Positions 31,199-39,369 of a DNA stretch of 50,228 nucleotides are shown one piece after another. A model generated the notes under the pieces. The model did no database searches. It saw nothing but the letters and a program-made list of their open reading frames with translations, and was not told where the DNA came from. The position numbers and the translations under genes are program-made. Origin of the DNA: an uncultured Acholeplasmatales bacterium. GTDB taxonomy: Bacteria > Bacillota_I > Bacilli_A > Acholeplasmatales > Anaeroplasmataceae. Where the stretch lies: the NCBI GenBank assembly GCA_905236105.1, contig CAJOOI010000014.1, positions 1 through 50,228 of the forward strand, given 5' to 3'. Numbering within the stretch: position 1 is the stretch's first letter; every line of letters starts with the position of its first letter.

Positions 31199-31226
31199 AC
31201 ATATGATATTTAAAGAATAAAAAAAA

Positions 31227-31303
<77 letters not shown>

Positions 31304-31329
31304 GTTAGTCGTATTTCATACGCTCAATA

Positions 31330-31358
31330 ATTATATTATATTTAAATAATTAATGCAA
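31330..31358 (-). promoter_or_regulatory. Promoter of tRNA-Arg
   Basis: TTGCAT-17bp-TATAAT on the minus strand. Confidence 0.7.
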
Positions 31359-31396
31359 GTAAAATTTTTAAAAAATATTAAAAGGAGGCAATATTC

Positions 31397-32782
31397 ATGG
31401 AAAGAAATTATCTACAAGAGATTGAAGATATACTAAGATCTAATGTTTCTGATGAAGAAAAAAAGGAAAGTCTTTTACAATACCATGAAAATGATATTGC
31501 TGACGTATTAGATGAATTAGAACCAGAAGAACAACTTAAGCTTCATAAAATATTAGGTGATGAATTCTTTGGTGATGTCATTTTACATGCTGAAGATATA
31601 GGTGATGTCATTGAGAATTTACCAGCTGAAGATGCTGCTGATATTATCGAACAAATGGATGCCGATGATGCCATTGATGTCTTAGAAGAACTAGAAGATG
31701 ACACTAAAGATGAAATCGTCAAATTGATGGATGAAAATGCCATTAAAGAAATTAAAGCCATCAAACAATTCCAAGAAGATGAAATTGGTTCTAAAATGAC
31801 TAATAATTATATTACAATATCAAGCACAGATACTGTTAAATCAGCCATGAAAAAAGTTATAGCTGATGCAGCTGAAAATGATAATGTTTCGACCATCTTT
31901 GTCTTAGATAAAGATAATAAATTATATGGTGAACTTGAATTAAGAGATTTAATTATTGCAAGAGATAAAGATGATTTAAACAAAATCATCAAGACAAATT
32001 ATCCATATTTTCTTGCATCAACTAAAGTTGATGATTGTCTTCCAGAATTAAAAGAATATGGTCTTGATTCTTATCCAATCGTTGATGAGGATATGACACT
32101 TCTTGGTGTCATTACATCAGATGATGTCATTGAAGTTTTGGATACTGAATCAGGTGAAGATTATGCTAAGCTTGCCGGTTTAACTGAAGAAGAAGATATC
32201 GATGAATCAGTAATTAAATCAGTTGCCAAAAGAATTCCATGGTTGATTGTATTACTTGTTTTAGGCTTGATTCAATCTATCTCAATGAGCGGCTTTGAAG
32301 CAGTTGTTGCTGCATTACCAATCATTATTTTCTTCCAAACTTTAGTTTTAGATATGGCTGGTAATTCAGGAACTCAATCCCTTGCGGTTACAATTAGACT
32401 TATCGCAACCGAAGAAATGGAAAAGAAAAAAATTGCTAAAGCCATATTTAAGGAAATTAGAGTTGGTATGACAAATGGCTTAATTCTTGCAACACTTGCT
32501 TTTGGGGTTGTCCTACTTTATTTGTTAATTGCAAACAAAGGTGTAAGAATTGGTACTGAATTTAGTATGCCTGATGCATTAAAGGGTGCTGGAATAGTTG
32601 CTGTTGCATTATTTACAGCTATGACTTTATCTTCATTTATAGGTACAATTGTACCAATTATATTCTTAAAAATTAAAGTCGACCCAGCAGTTGCTTCTGG
32701 TCCATTTATCACAACTATAAACGATGTTACAGCTATGCTTATTTATTACGGACTTGCTGCACTACTCTTTAGTATATTTTAG
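31397..32782 (+). CDS. mgtE: Magnesium transporter MgtE
   Basis: Acidic MgtE_N region, CBS pair, RIPWL, AGNSGTQ, DPAVASGPFITTINDV. Confidence 0.96.
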   Translation: MERNYLQEIEDILRSNVSDEEKKESLLQYHENDIADVLDELEPEEQLKLHKILGDEFFGDVILHAEDIGDVIENLPAEDAADIIEQMDADDAIDVLEELEDDTKDEIVKLMDENAIKEIKAIKQFQEDEIGSKMTNNYITISSTDTVKSAMKKVIADAAENDNVSTIFVLDKDNKLYGELELRDLIIARDKDDLNKIIKTNYPYFLASTKVDDCLPELKEYGLDSYPIVDEDMTLLGVITSDDVIEVLDTESGEDYAKLAGLTEEEDIDESVIKSVAKRIPWLIVLLVLGLIQSISMSGFEAVVAALPIIIFFQTLVLDMAGNSGTQSLAVTIRLIATEEMEKKKIAKAIFKEIRVGMTNGLILATLAFGVVLLYLLIANKGVRIGTEFSMPDALKGAGIVAVALFTAMTLSSFIGTIVPIIFLKIKVDPAVASGPFITTINDVTAMLIYYGLAALLFSIF

Positions 32783-32797
32783 AAATGAGGCATTTAG

Positions 32798-33547
32798 ATG
32801 AACAAAGAAGAATTTAAAGAATTACAAGAAGAAACAGCATTATATATTTATAAATTTGCTTCTTTAAATAAAGAATTATTTATTACAGATTTAAAATACA
32901 GTCATTTCTTTTATGATTTATTAACTGAACAATTTGAAATTGAAAAAGAATTAAATTGTATTAGAGGTATGATTGAAAATAAAACTAGAAACTTAAATTT
33001 TGAAGAATTTAAGAAAGCATATCTTAAAAAAATGAATGATGAATATAATACATTTCAAATGAAACATAATAATAAAGAAACAATTTATAATCAAACTGTT
33101 TCAAAATCAGAAGAAGAATTAAGAAAAATTGAAACATATTTTGAAGAATTCATCAAAAAATATCATCCATTTATTAATTATTGTAAAATAAATGAAGTAT
33201 TACTTGCTTATGAATTTGTGGAAAGATTATATAATGAAAATAATTATACTGGTATGATTGAAGCATTTAATCTAAATAAAACTTATTTTAATTATCCAAC
33301 TATATCTGTTGCAAATTATAATGATGCAGCAATGCTATATTATGATTTTAAAAAGAATTTAGCTGCAAGATATTTTAAAATAAAACAAGATCAATACCCA
33401 AAAAATAAAATAGAGGTAGTTAAAACAAAAGAAGGTATTGAAAAAGAAAGAGAATCATTAAAAAAAGAGATTGAAAACCTACTTGGGGCTTTAACCTCTT
33501 TAAGAGAAGATTTTAAAAAAGAGTTCGGATACGAATTTAGTTTTTAA
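32798..33547 (+). CDS. Coiled-coil protein with possible degenerate J-domain-like segment
   Basis: Helical protein. FEEFIKKYHPFIN resembles the J-domain helix II-HPD region. Confidence 0.7.
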   Translation: MNKEEFKELQEETALYIYKFASLNKELFITDLKYSHFFYDLLTEQFEIEKELNCIRGMIENKTRNLNFEEFKKAYLKKMNDEYNTFQMKHNNKETIYNQTVSKSEEELRKIETYFEEFIKKYHPFINYCKINEVLLAYEFVERLYNENNYTGMIEAFNLNKTYFNYPTISVANYNDAAMLYYDFKKNLAARYFKIKQDQYPKNKIEVVKTKEGIEKERESLKKEIENLLGALTSLREDFKKEFGYEFSF

Positions 33548-34112
33548 AATATAAATCATCTATAACTTTTAAATAATGGAGTCTTGGAATATAAGACTCC
33601 TTTATTATTATACATTCTTCTTTAAATACTTTATAAGGTATAGATTTTCTATCTATTTCCTTATTATCCCAAAATCTTTTTATAACCTCAAAAGGTGCGT
33701 AAAAATATTCATTAGTATGAGTAAAATAAACAATTAAAAATCCAATTCCACCATGCTTTATAATCTTATCTAAATGTTCTATCTGATGTGGATGTATATT
33801 TGATAAAGGAAAAGATGTTTTGTTATGGCTTTCTTTAGCCTCAAAATCAATATATTTTCCTTTATATATTCCATTATAATCTGTTGTAGAAGGTGTTTTA
33901 TAATAAGCTTCAGTTATAACTGCTTTACTACGCATTGGGTAATCAACTTTAACAATTTGAACTGGTGTAGGTTTTTTATGAATAACAGCTATATCATTTA
34001 CAAGATAATATTCATTAGTTTCATTTATTGTTGTTTCTAAGTCCATACCAAGATTTGCTTTATTAATATTCTTAGTAAAATTAACTTTTTTATTAGGAAA
34101 ATTTAAGGCCAT
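33537..34112 (-). CDS. recU: Holliday junction resolvase RecU
   Basis: GMDLE, IHKKPTPVQIV, STTDYNG, DFEAKE, IHPHQ. ATG 34112 chosen from the RBS. Confidence 0.96.
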   Translation of the reverse strand: MALNFPNKKVNFTKNINKANLGMDLETTINETNEYYLVNDIAVIHKKPTPVQIVKVDYPMRSKAVITEAYYKTPSTTDYNGIYKGKYIDFEAKESHNKTSFPLSNIHPHQIEHLDKIIKHGGIGFLIVYFTHTNEYFYAPFEVIKRFWDNKEIDRKSIPYKVFKEECIIIKESYIPRLHYLKVIDDLYFKN

Positions 34113-34209
34113 ATATTGCACCTACCTTCATTTTTTATAATTTTAGCATAATATTATATTTTTTACTAATATTTATAATACAAAATAACCTAATAATAGA
34201 TTTTAGATT

Positions 34210-34223
34210 TGTAAACGTATTCA
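34210..34223. promoter_or_regulatory. cre-like (LacI/CcpA family) operator
   Basis: TGTAAACGTATTCA matches WTGNAANCGNWNNCW; lies upstream of a carbohydrate-binding gene. Confidence 0.5.
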
Positions 34224-34307
34224 TAAAAAATATAGGTGGAAAATTATATAAAAAGAGTATATACTAATACCGAAAAGTATTAAACATAAAAATAAAAGGA
34301 GGACATT

Positions 34308-34619
34308 ATGGCAAACGTAAAAGTTGAATTCAAAGTTGTTGCTCATAACGCTAATAAATTATTCTTAACTGGTTCATCAAACAATTTAGGTGCTTGGAAC
34401 CCAGATAAGGCTGTAGAATGTGATTTCTGTGATAAATGCGGTAAATTCTCAGCTTCTAAAATGTTTAAAGAAGGCGAAGTTGTTGAATTTAAAGTATTAA
34501 AAGATAGAACATTCGATGCAGTTGAAAAAGGCGCTTGGGGCGAAGAAGTTGCAAACCATTCATTTGTTGCTTCAAAAGGCTTAGTAGTTGAATTAGAAGT
34601 TCTTAACTTCAATAACTAA
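34308..34619 (+). CDS. Stand-alone CBM20-like (starch-binding) protein
   Basis: LFLTGSSNNLGAWNPDKAV and VEFK match the CBM20 pattern. AGGAGG RBS; AAC/TTC-biased codons. Confidence 0.75.
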   Translation: MANVKVEFKVVAHNANKLFLTGSSNNLGAWNPDKAVECDFCDKCGKFSASKMFKEGEVVEFKVLKDRTFDAVEKGAWGEEVANHSFVASKGLVVELEVLNFNN

Positions 34620-34641
34620 TCTAAATTAATTTAGAAACATT

Positions 34642-34675
34642 AAGTATCGAGGCTTTACTCCCTCGATACTTTTTT
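34642..34675 (+). terminator. Intrinsic terminator
   Basis: AAGTATCGAGG-8nt-CCTCGATACTT plus T-tract. Confidence 0.9.
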
Positions 34676-34677
34676 GT

Positions 34678-34706
34678 TTGCTATTTGTTAATTTCTTAGG
34701 TATAAT
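34678..34706 (+). promoter_or_regulatory. Sigma-70 promoter for RNase J-like gene
   Basis: TTGCTA-17bp-TATAAT. Confidence 0.65.
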
Positions 34707-34766
34707 ATAAGAAATTATTACAAAATCAATTTTTTAATATTTTAGCAATAAGAATGGAGTGTTATT

Positions 34767-36440
34767 TTGAGTAAAATAAACTTTATTGCGCTTGGTGGAG
34801 TCCAAGAAATCGGTAAGAATTTATATATACTAGAAGTAGATGGTAAATGTTTTATTGTCGATTGTGGATTAAAATATCCTTCAAGTGACTTACGTGGTAT
34901 TGATTTTATAATCAATGACACAACTTACATAGAACAAAACATTAAAAATTTTTATGGTATCTTTTTAACTAATGCCTCAAACACATCAATTGGTGGTGTA
35001 TCTTTTTTACTTAAGAATTATAGATTAAGAGTTTATGCATCTAAATTTACAGTAAACATTGTTAAAGCAATGTTAATAGAAGACGGGATCAGTGATGTAG
35101 ATGAATTAGTATTTGAGCTTGATGTCAAATCTCCACTAATTTTTGGTAATGTTACAATTAGAGCATTTGAAGTTTCAAATAATATACCAGGTTCATATGG
35201 ATATTCTTTTAAAACGCCTGATGGATATTTGATATTTGCATTAGAATATAATTTTGACCAAAATGCTAATATCAATTATTCATATATGTATAGAGAGCTT
35301 GCGGTATTCGCTAAAGATGGAGTTTTAGCTTTAATAACTTCTTCAATTGGAGCTTTAACTGAGGCATCAAGAGGCTCAATTTTAGAATTATCACTTCGTT
35401 TAAGAAATATAATTGCTGGTGCTAGTGGTAGAATTATCATTCCTATTTATTCTAAAGATATAATAAGACTTAAATTAGCTTGTAATATAGCATTAGAATA
35501 TAATAAAAAGATTGCGATAATTGGACGTAAAAATCAGAAAATAGTAAATACAGCTTGTGAAATGGAATATGTAAATATCCCTAATGAATCATTCGTTAAT
35601 TTAAAATATATAACTGATTCAAATGATAATGATGATAAGAATTTAGTGATTATTGTTCCTGGAGAAAGAGATGAAATCTTTAGAATGCTTGAAAGAATGT
35701 CTAGAGGTTTTGATCGTTTAATAAATATTAAAGAAAGCGATACTTTAATATTATTAAATAAAGCAGAAATAGGTACTGAAAGAAAAGAAGCAAAAACATT
35801 AGATTTATTATATAAAAGAACAAGTAACATTAAGACTTTTAGTGAATCATTATTACCAGATGGTGCTGCAACCCGTGAAGAAATAAAGCAAATGGTTAAT
35901 ATATTAAAACCAAAATATATTATTCCTGTTTTAGGTGAATATCGTCATCAATATTCATTAAAAGATGCAACCTCAGTTTTAAATATTAAAGAAGATGATA
36001 TCATTATTCCAGACAATGGAGATGTATTATCATTTTATAATGGAAAATATCAAGGAATTAAATCTGAAGTCCCTGTAGGTGAAATATTAATTGATGGTAA
36101 AGCTATTGATGATGTATCTGATATCGTTTTAAAAGATCGTGAAATCTTATCCCAAGATGGCTTAATCATCATAACAGCATCAATTAATCCACGTATTAAA
36201 AAAATACTTGCTGGACCTGAGGTTGTTACGAGAGGATTTATTTTTATCAAAGATAACGAACAAGTGATAAATCATATAAAAGAATTATTTAATATTGTAG
36301 CTGATAAATATTTAAAAGCAAAATTTATCAATTGGAATGATTTTAAGACTGATGTAAAAGCAGAAGTATCTAAATACATTTATAAAGATATGAAACGCAA
36401 TCCAATCATTATTCCAGTCTTATTATCAACTGAAATGTAA
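34767..36440 (+). CDS. Ribonuclease J family protein, catalytically degenerate (J2-like)
   Basis: ALGGVQEIGKN, VDCG, KPKYIIPVLGEYRH, VLKDREILSQDG, GPEVVTRGF, RNPIIIPV. Metal-binding His residues are missing. Confidence 0.92.
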   Translation: MSKINFIALGGVQEIGKNLYILEVDGKCFIVDCGLKYPSSDLRGIDFIINDTTYIEQNIKNFYGIFLTNASNTSIGGVSFLLKNYRLRVYASKFTVNIVKAMLIEDGISDVDELVFELDVKSPLIFGNVTIRAFEVSNNIPGSYGYSFKTPDGYLIFALEYNFDQNANINYSYMYRELAVFAKDGVLALITSSIGALTEASRGSILELSLRLRNIIAGASGRIIIPIYSKDIIRLKLACNIALEYNKKIAIIGRKNQKIVNTACEMEYVNIPNESFVNLKYITDSNDNDDKNLVIIVPGERDEIFRMLERMSRGFDRLINIKESDTLILLNKAEIGTERKEAKTLDLLYKRTSNIKTFSESLLPDGAATREEIKQMVNILKPKYIIPVLGEYRHQYSLKDATSVLNIKEDDIIIPDNGDVLSFYNGKYQGIKSEVPVGEILIDGKAIDDVSDIVLKDREILSQDGLIIITASINPRIKKILAGPEVVTRGFIFIKDNEQVINHIKELFNIVADKYLKAKFINWNDFKTDVKAEVSKYIYKDMKRNPIIIPVLLSTEM

Positions 36441-36458
36441 AAAAAGAGTGGTGAAAAT

Positions 36459-37388
36459 ATGACTAAAAATAGGATATATTTCATATTGTCGTTTATGATT
36501 TTCTTAATTGGATTTGTTGTTGGATCATTTATAGATTTAAATTTAAGCAAAGCTATATATGATAAGAACAATACCTTTGGTCTTATCATATCAATATTAG
36601 GTACTATACCAGGTTATGGCAGTATCACATTATTAGGCGGCATATTTTTATATACAGGGCTAAAAAGAAATGATTTTAAATTATTTATAAGAATTTTATT
36701 TATCATACTTGCAATAGCTGCCTTTATTACTGCAACATATTATAGCGGAAGAGAAATATTTGGTGTAAATGGTTTTTATAATTCTAAATTAAAATTCATT
36801 GGATATATAATTTCAGCACCAATAATGTGCTTATTTGGGTTTGGAGGCTATTTTATAGCCTTAAAATCAAACAATAAATATTTATGGCTATTAACAGTCA
36901 TAATTGTTATTGCCTTCTTTATTATATTAGTTCCTGGAACAAGTCTTTTAAAAATTATATTTAATAGACCTAGATATAGAACTGTTTCTTTAGATGAAGC
37001 AGAAAATGTTGGAATAATTTTTAAAAATTGGTGGCAAAGAACTGGCAATTATAAAGATTTAATTACTACATTCAACAATACAAATACTATATCAATAACA
37101 TCAGAAGAATTCAAATCTTTCCCATCAGGACATGTATCATCTGCATTCTTATTTTCTTCTCTTGCTTTATTCTTACCAATAATGGATAAAAAATATGAAA
37201 AAATAAGCTTACCACTATTTTGTGGTGGCTTAATTTGGACATTATTAGTTGGTTTTGCAAGAATAAGAGTTGGAGCACATTTCTTAAGTGATGTATCCAT
37301 GGGTGGAATGCTTGCTGTCATATTCTCATTTATAGCTAATGAAGTAATAATGAGATTGAAATATTTTAAGCAAGAAATAGGAGAATAA
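36459..37388 (+). CDS. PAP2-family membrane phosphatase
   Basis: K-x4-RP (KIIFNRPRY), SFPSGH, ARIRVGAHFLSDV; multi-TM. Confidence 0.92.
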   Translation: MTKNRIYFILSFMIFLIGFVVGSFIDLNLSKAIYDKNNTFGLIISILGTIPGYGSITLLGGIFLYTGLKRNDFKLFIRILFIILAIAAFITATYYSGREIFGVNGFYNSKLKFIGYIISAPIMCLFGFGGYFIALKSNNKYLWLLTVIIVIAFFIILVPGTSLLKIIFNRPRYRTVSLDEAENVGIIFKNWWQRTGNYKDLITTFNNTNTISITSEEFKSFPSGHVSSAFLFSSLALFLPIMDKKYEKISLPLFCGGLIWTLLVGFARIRVGAHFLSDVSMGGMLAVIFSFIANEVIMRLKYFKQEIGE

Positions 37389-37402
37389 ATATATTATTTT
37401 AG

Positions 37403-37433
37403 AAAAAGAGAAGCTCATTCGGCTTCTCTTTTT
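37403..37433. terminator. Bidirectional terminator overlapping rarA stop
   Basis: AAAAAGAGAAGC-7nt-GCTTCTCTTTTT. Confidence 0.85.
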
Positions 37434-38632
37434 AATTTAGCTATATATTCTTTAATCGCACGTTCATATTGCCCTGTATCTTTAGGTACGTAATATATTT
37501 TTCCTAATAATTCATCTGGCATATATTGCTGTTTTACATAATCATTTTTATAATCATGTGGATATTTATATTGATATTTACCACTTTTTAATTCTTTATT
37601 TAAAATATGAGGTGGAATAGCCATTGATTTCATGTTTTCTAAATCAGCTATAGCATTATCTATCGCAAGATAAGTAGAATTAGATTTAGGAGATAATGCT
37701 AAATCACAAACAGCATAAGATAGTGGAAGTCTTGCCTCAGGTAAACCTAGTGATTTTGCTGCCTCAGTTGCAGCTAAAACTCTTGGACCTATATTAGGAT
37801 TTCCAAGACCAATATCTTCATATGCCAAGCATAATAATCTGCGTGAGATAAATTCAATATCTTCTGTTAATAATAATCTAGCAAGATAATGTAAGGCTGC
37901 ATCTACATCACTACCTCTAATTGATTTTATCATTGCGCTTGTAACATCATAAAAATATTCTTTTTTTTCATCAATATTAAATGATTTAATTCCTATTAAA
38001 TCCATCGCATTAGCTAAATTTAAATCTTCTTCATCGAGCATATTTACAATTTCTAGCATATTTAATGCACTTCTTACTTCACAAGAAGATGCATTAACAA
38101 TATATTTTAATATATCATCGCTGATATTTTTCATTTGTTCATTCTTTATTACTTTTTTTAATAAAAGAAATAAATCATTTTCGTTTATTTCTTTTAAACG
38201 ATAAATATGGCATCTACTCCTGATTGCAGGATTAATACTACGATATGGATTTTCAGTAGTAAGTCCAATAATTGTTAATTTCCCACTTTCAACAAAAGGT
38301 AATAAAAAATCTTGTGTATCTTTTTTCATACGATGAATCTCATCAATGATACATAATGTATTTTCATAATATTCAGCAGATTGAGCAATATCTTTTAATT
38401 TTGCTTTATTATCACTAGATGCATTGAATGAAAAACTAGATAATGGGAAGTAAGATGAAACGACTTCAGCTATGGTAGTTTTTCCACACCCTGCTGGTCC
38501 ATATAATATTAAAGAAAACAGTTGATTATTATCAATCATTTTCTTAATAACACCCTTAGGACCGACCAAATGATCTTGTCCAACTATATCTTCAAATTTT
38601 TTTGGTCTTACTTTATATGCAAGTGGCATCAT
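37415..38632 (-). CDS. rarA: Replication-associated recombination protein RarA/MgsA
   Basis: PLAYKVRP, GQDHL, GPAGCGKTT, DEIHR, TTENP, KSIRGSD, EDIGL, YKYPHDY. Confidence 0.96.
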   Translation of the reverse strand: MMPLAYKVRPKKFEDIVGQDHLVGPKGVIKKMIDNNQLFSLILYGPAGCGKTTIAEVVSSYFPLSSFSFNASSDNKAKLKDIAQSAEYYENTLCIIDEIHRMKKDTQDFLLPFVESGKLTIIGLTTENPYRSINPAIRSRCHIYRLKEINENDLFLLLKKVIKNEQMKNISDDILKYIVNASSCEVRSALNMLEIVNMLDEEDLNLANAMDLIGIKSFNIDEKKEYFYDVTSAMIKSIRGSDVDAALHYLARLLLTEDIEFISRRLLCLAYEDIGLGNPNIGPRVLAATEAAKSLGLPEARLPLSYAVCDLALSPKSNSTYLAIDNAIADLENMKSMAIPPHILNKELKSGKYQYKYPHDYKNDYVKQQYMPDELLGKIYYVPKDTGQYERAIKEYIAKLKREAE

Positions 38633-38836
38633 ATAACCAACTCCAATCTTCTTAACATTTTATCACACTTTAAATATTCAAAAAACATCAAATTATTTTT
38701 TTCTTTCTCAAATATATAGAATAAATTTGTGTTTTTTTCTTTATTTTAGGCTTTTTTTCTTCCTTTTACTTTTACAAAGTAAAAATATATGGTATAATTT
38801 TTTTAGTTATTATTAAAAAAAGTGAGGTTTTTCATT

Positions 38837-39358
38837 ATGAATTTAAAGGATTATATAGCAAATGTTAAAGATTTTCCAAAAAAGGGGATAATGTTTAGAG
38901 ATGTTACTCCAGCACTTCAAAACAATGAATCATTTCATTTTATTATAGATGAACTTGCAAAATATGCCAAAGAAGTAGGAGCTAATGTTATAGCAGGTCC
39001 TGAAGCAAGAGGATTTGCTTTAGGTGCAGCTATTGCATATAAAGAAAACTTAGGATTCGTAACAATAAGAAAACCTAATAAATTACCTAGAGAACAAATC
39101 ACAGAAGATTATGATTTAGAATATGGTAAAAATACATTATGTGTCCATACTGACGCATTTAAAAAAGGTGATAAAGTTTTAATTGTAGATGACCTACTTG
39201 CTACAGGAGGCACTGCAATTGCCTCAGCTAAATTAGTTGAAAGATTAGGTGCTACAGTTGCAGGTTTTGCTTTTATTATCAACCTTAAAGATTTAAATGG
39301 TTTATCTTTAATCAAGGATTATAGTGTAAAATATTTAGTTGAATACGAAGGAGAATAA
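38837..39358 (+). CDS. apt: Adenine phosphoribosyltransferase
   Basis: DFPKKGIMFRD, GPEARGF, RKPNKLP, YDLEYG, VDDLLATGGT. ATG 38837 follows GAGG. Confidence 0.97.
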   Translation: MNLKDYIANVKDFPKKGIMFRDVTPALQNNESFHFIIDELAKYAKEVGANVIAGPEARGFALGAAIAYKENLGFVTIRKPNKLPREQITEDYDLEYGKNTLCVHTDAFKKGDKVLIVDDLLATGGTAIASAKLVERLGATVAGFAFIINLKDLNGLSLIKDYSVKYLVEYEGE

Positions 39359-39369
39359 TTTTATTCCTT

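Noticed and set aside
30690-31226. Integrated element with att repeat at tRNA-Arg
   Set aside because: I could not find a duplicated tRNA 3' end or an integrase in the window.
38633-38820. 6S RNA upstream of rarA (a common Firmicute location)
   Set aside because: The spacer is low-complexity AT sequence with no long paired rod; it looks like a divergent promoter region.
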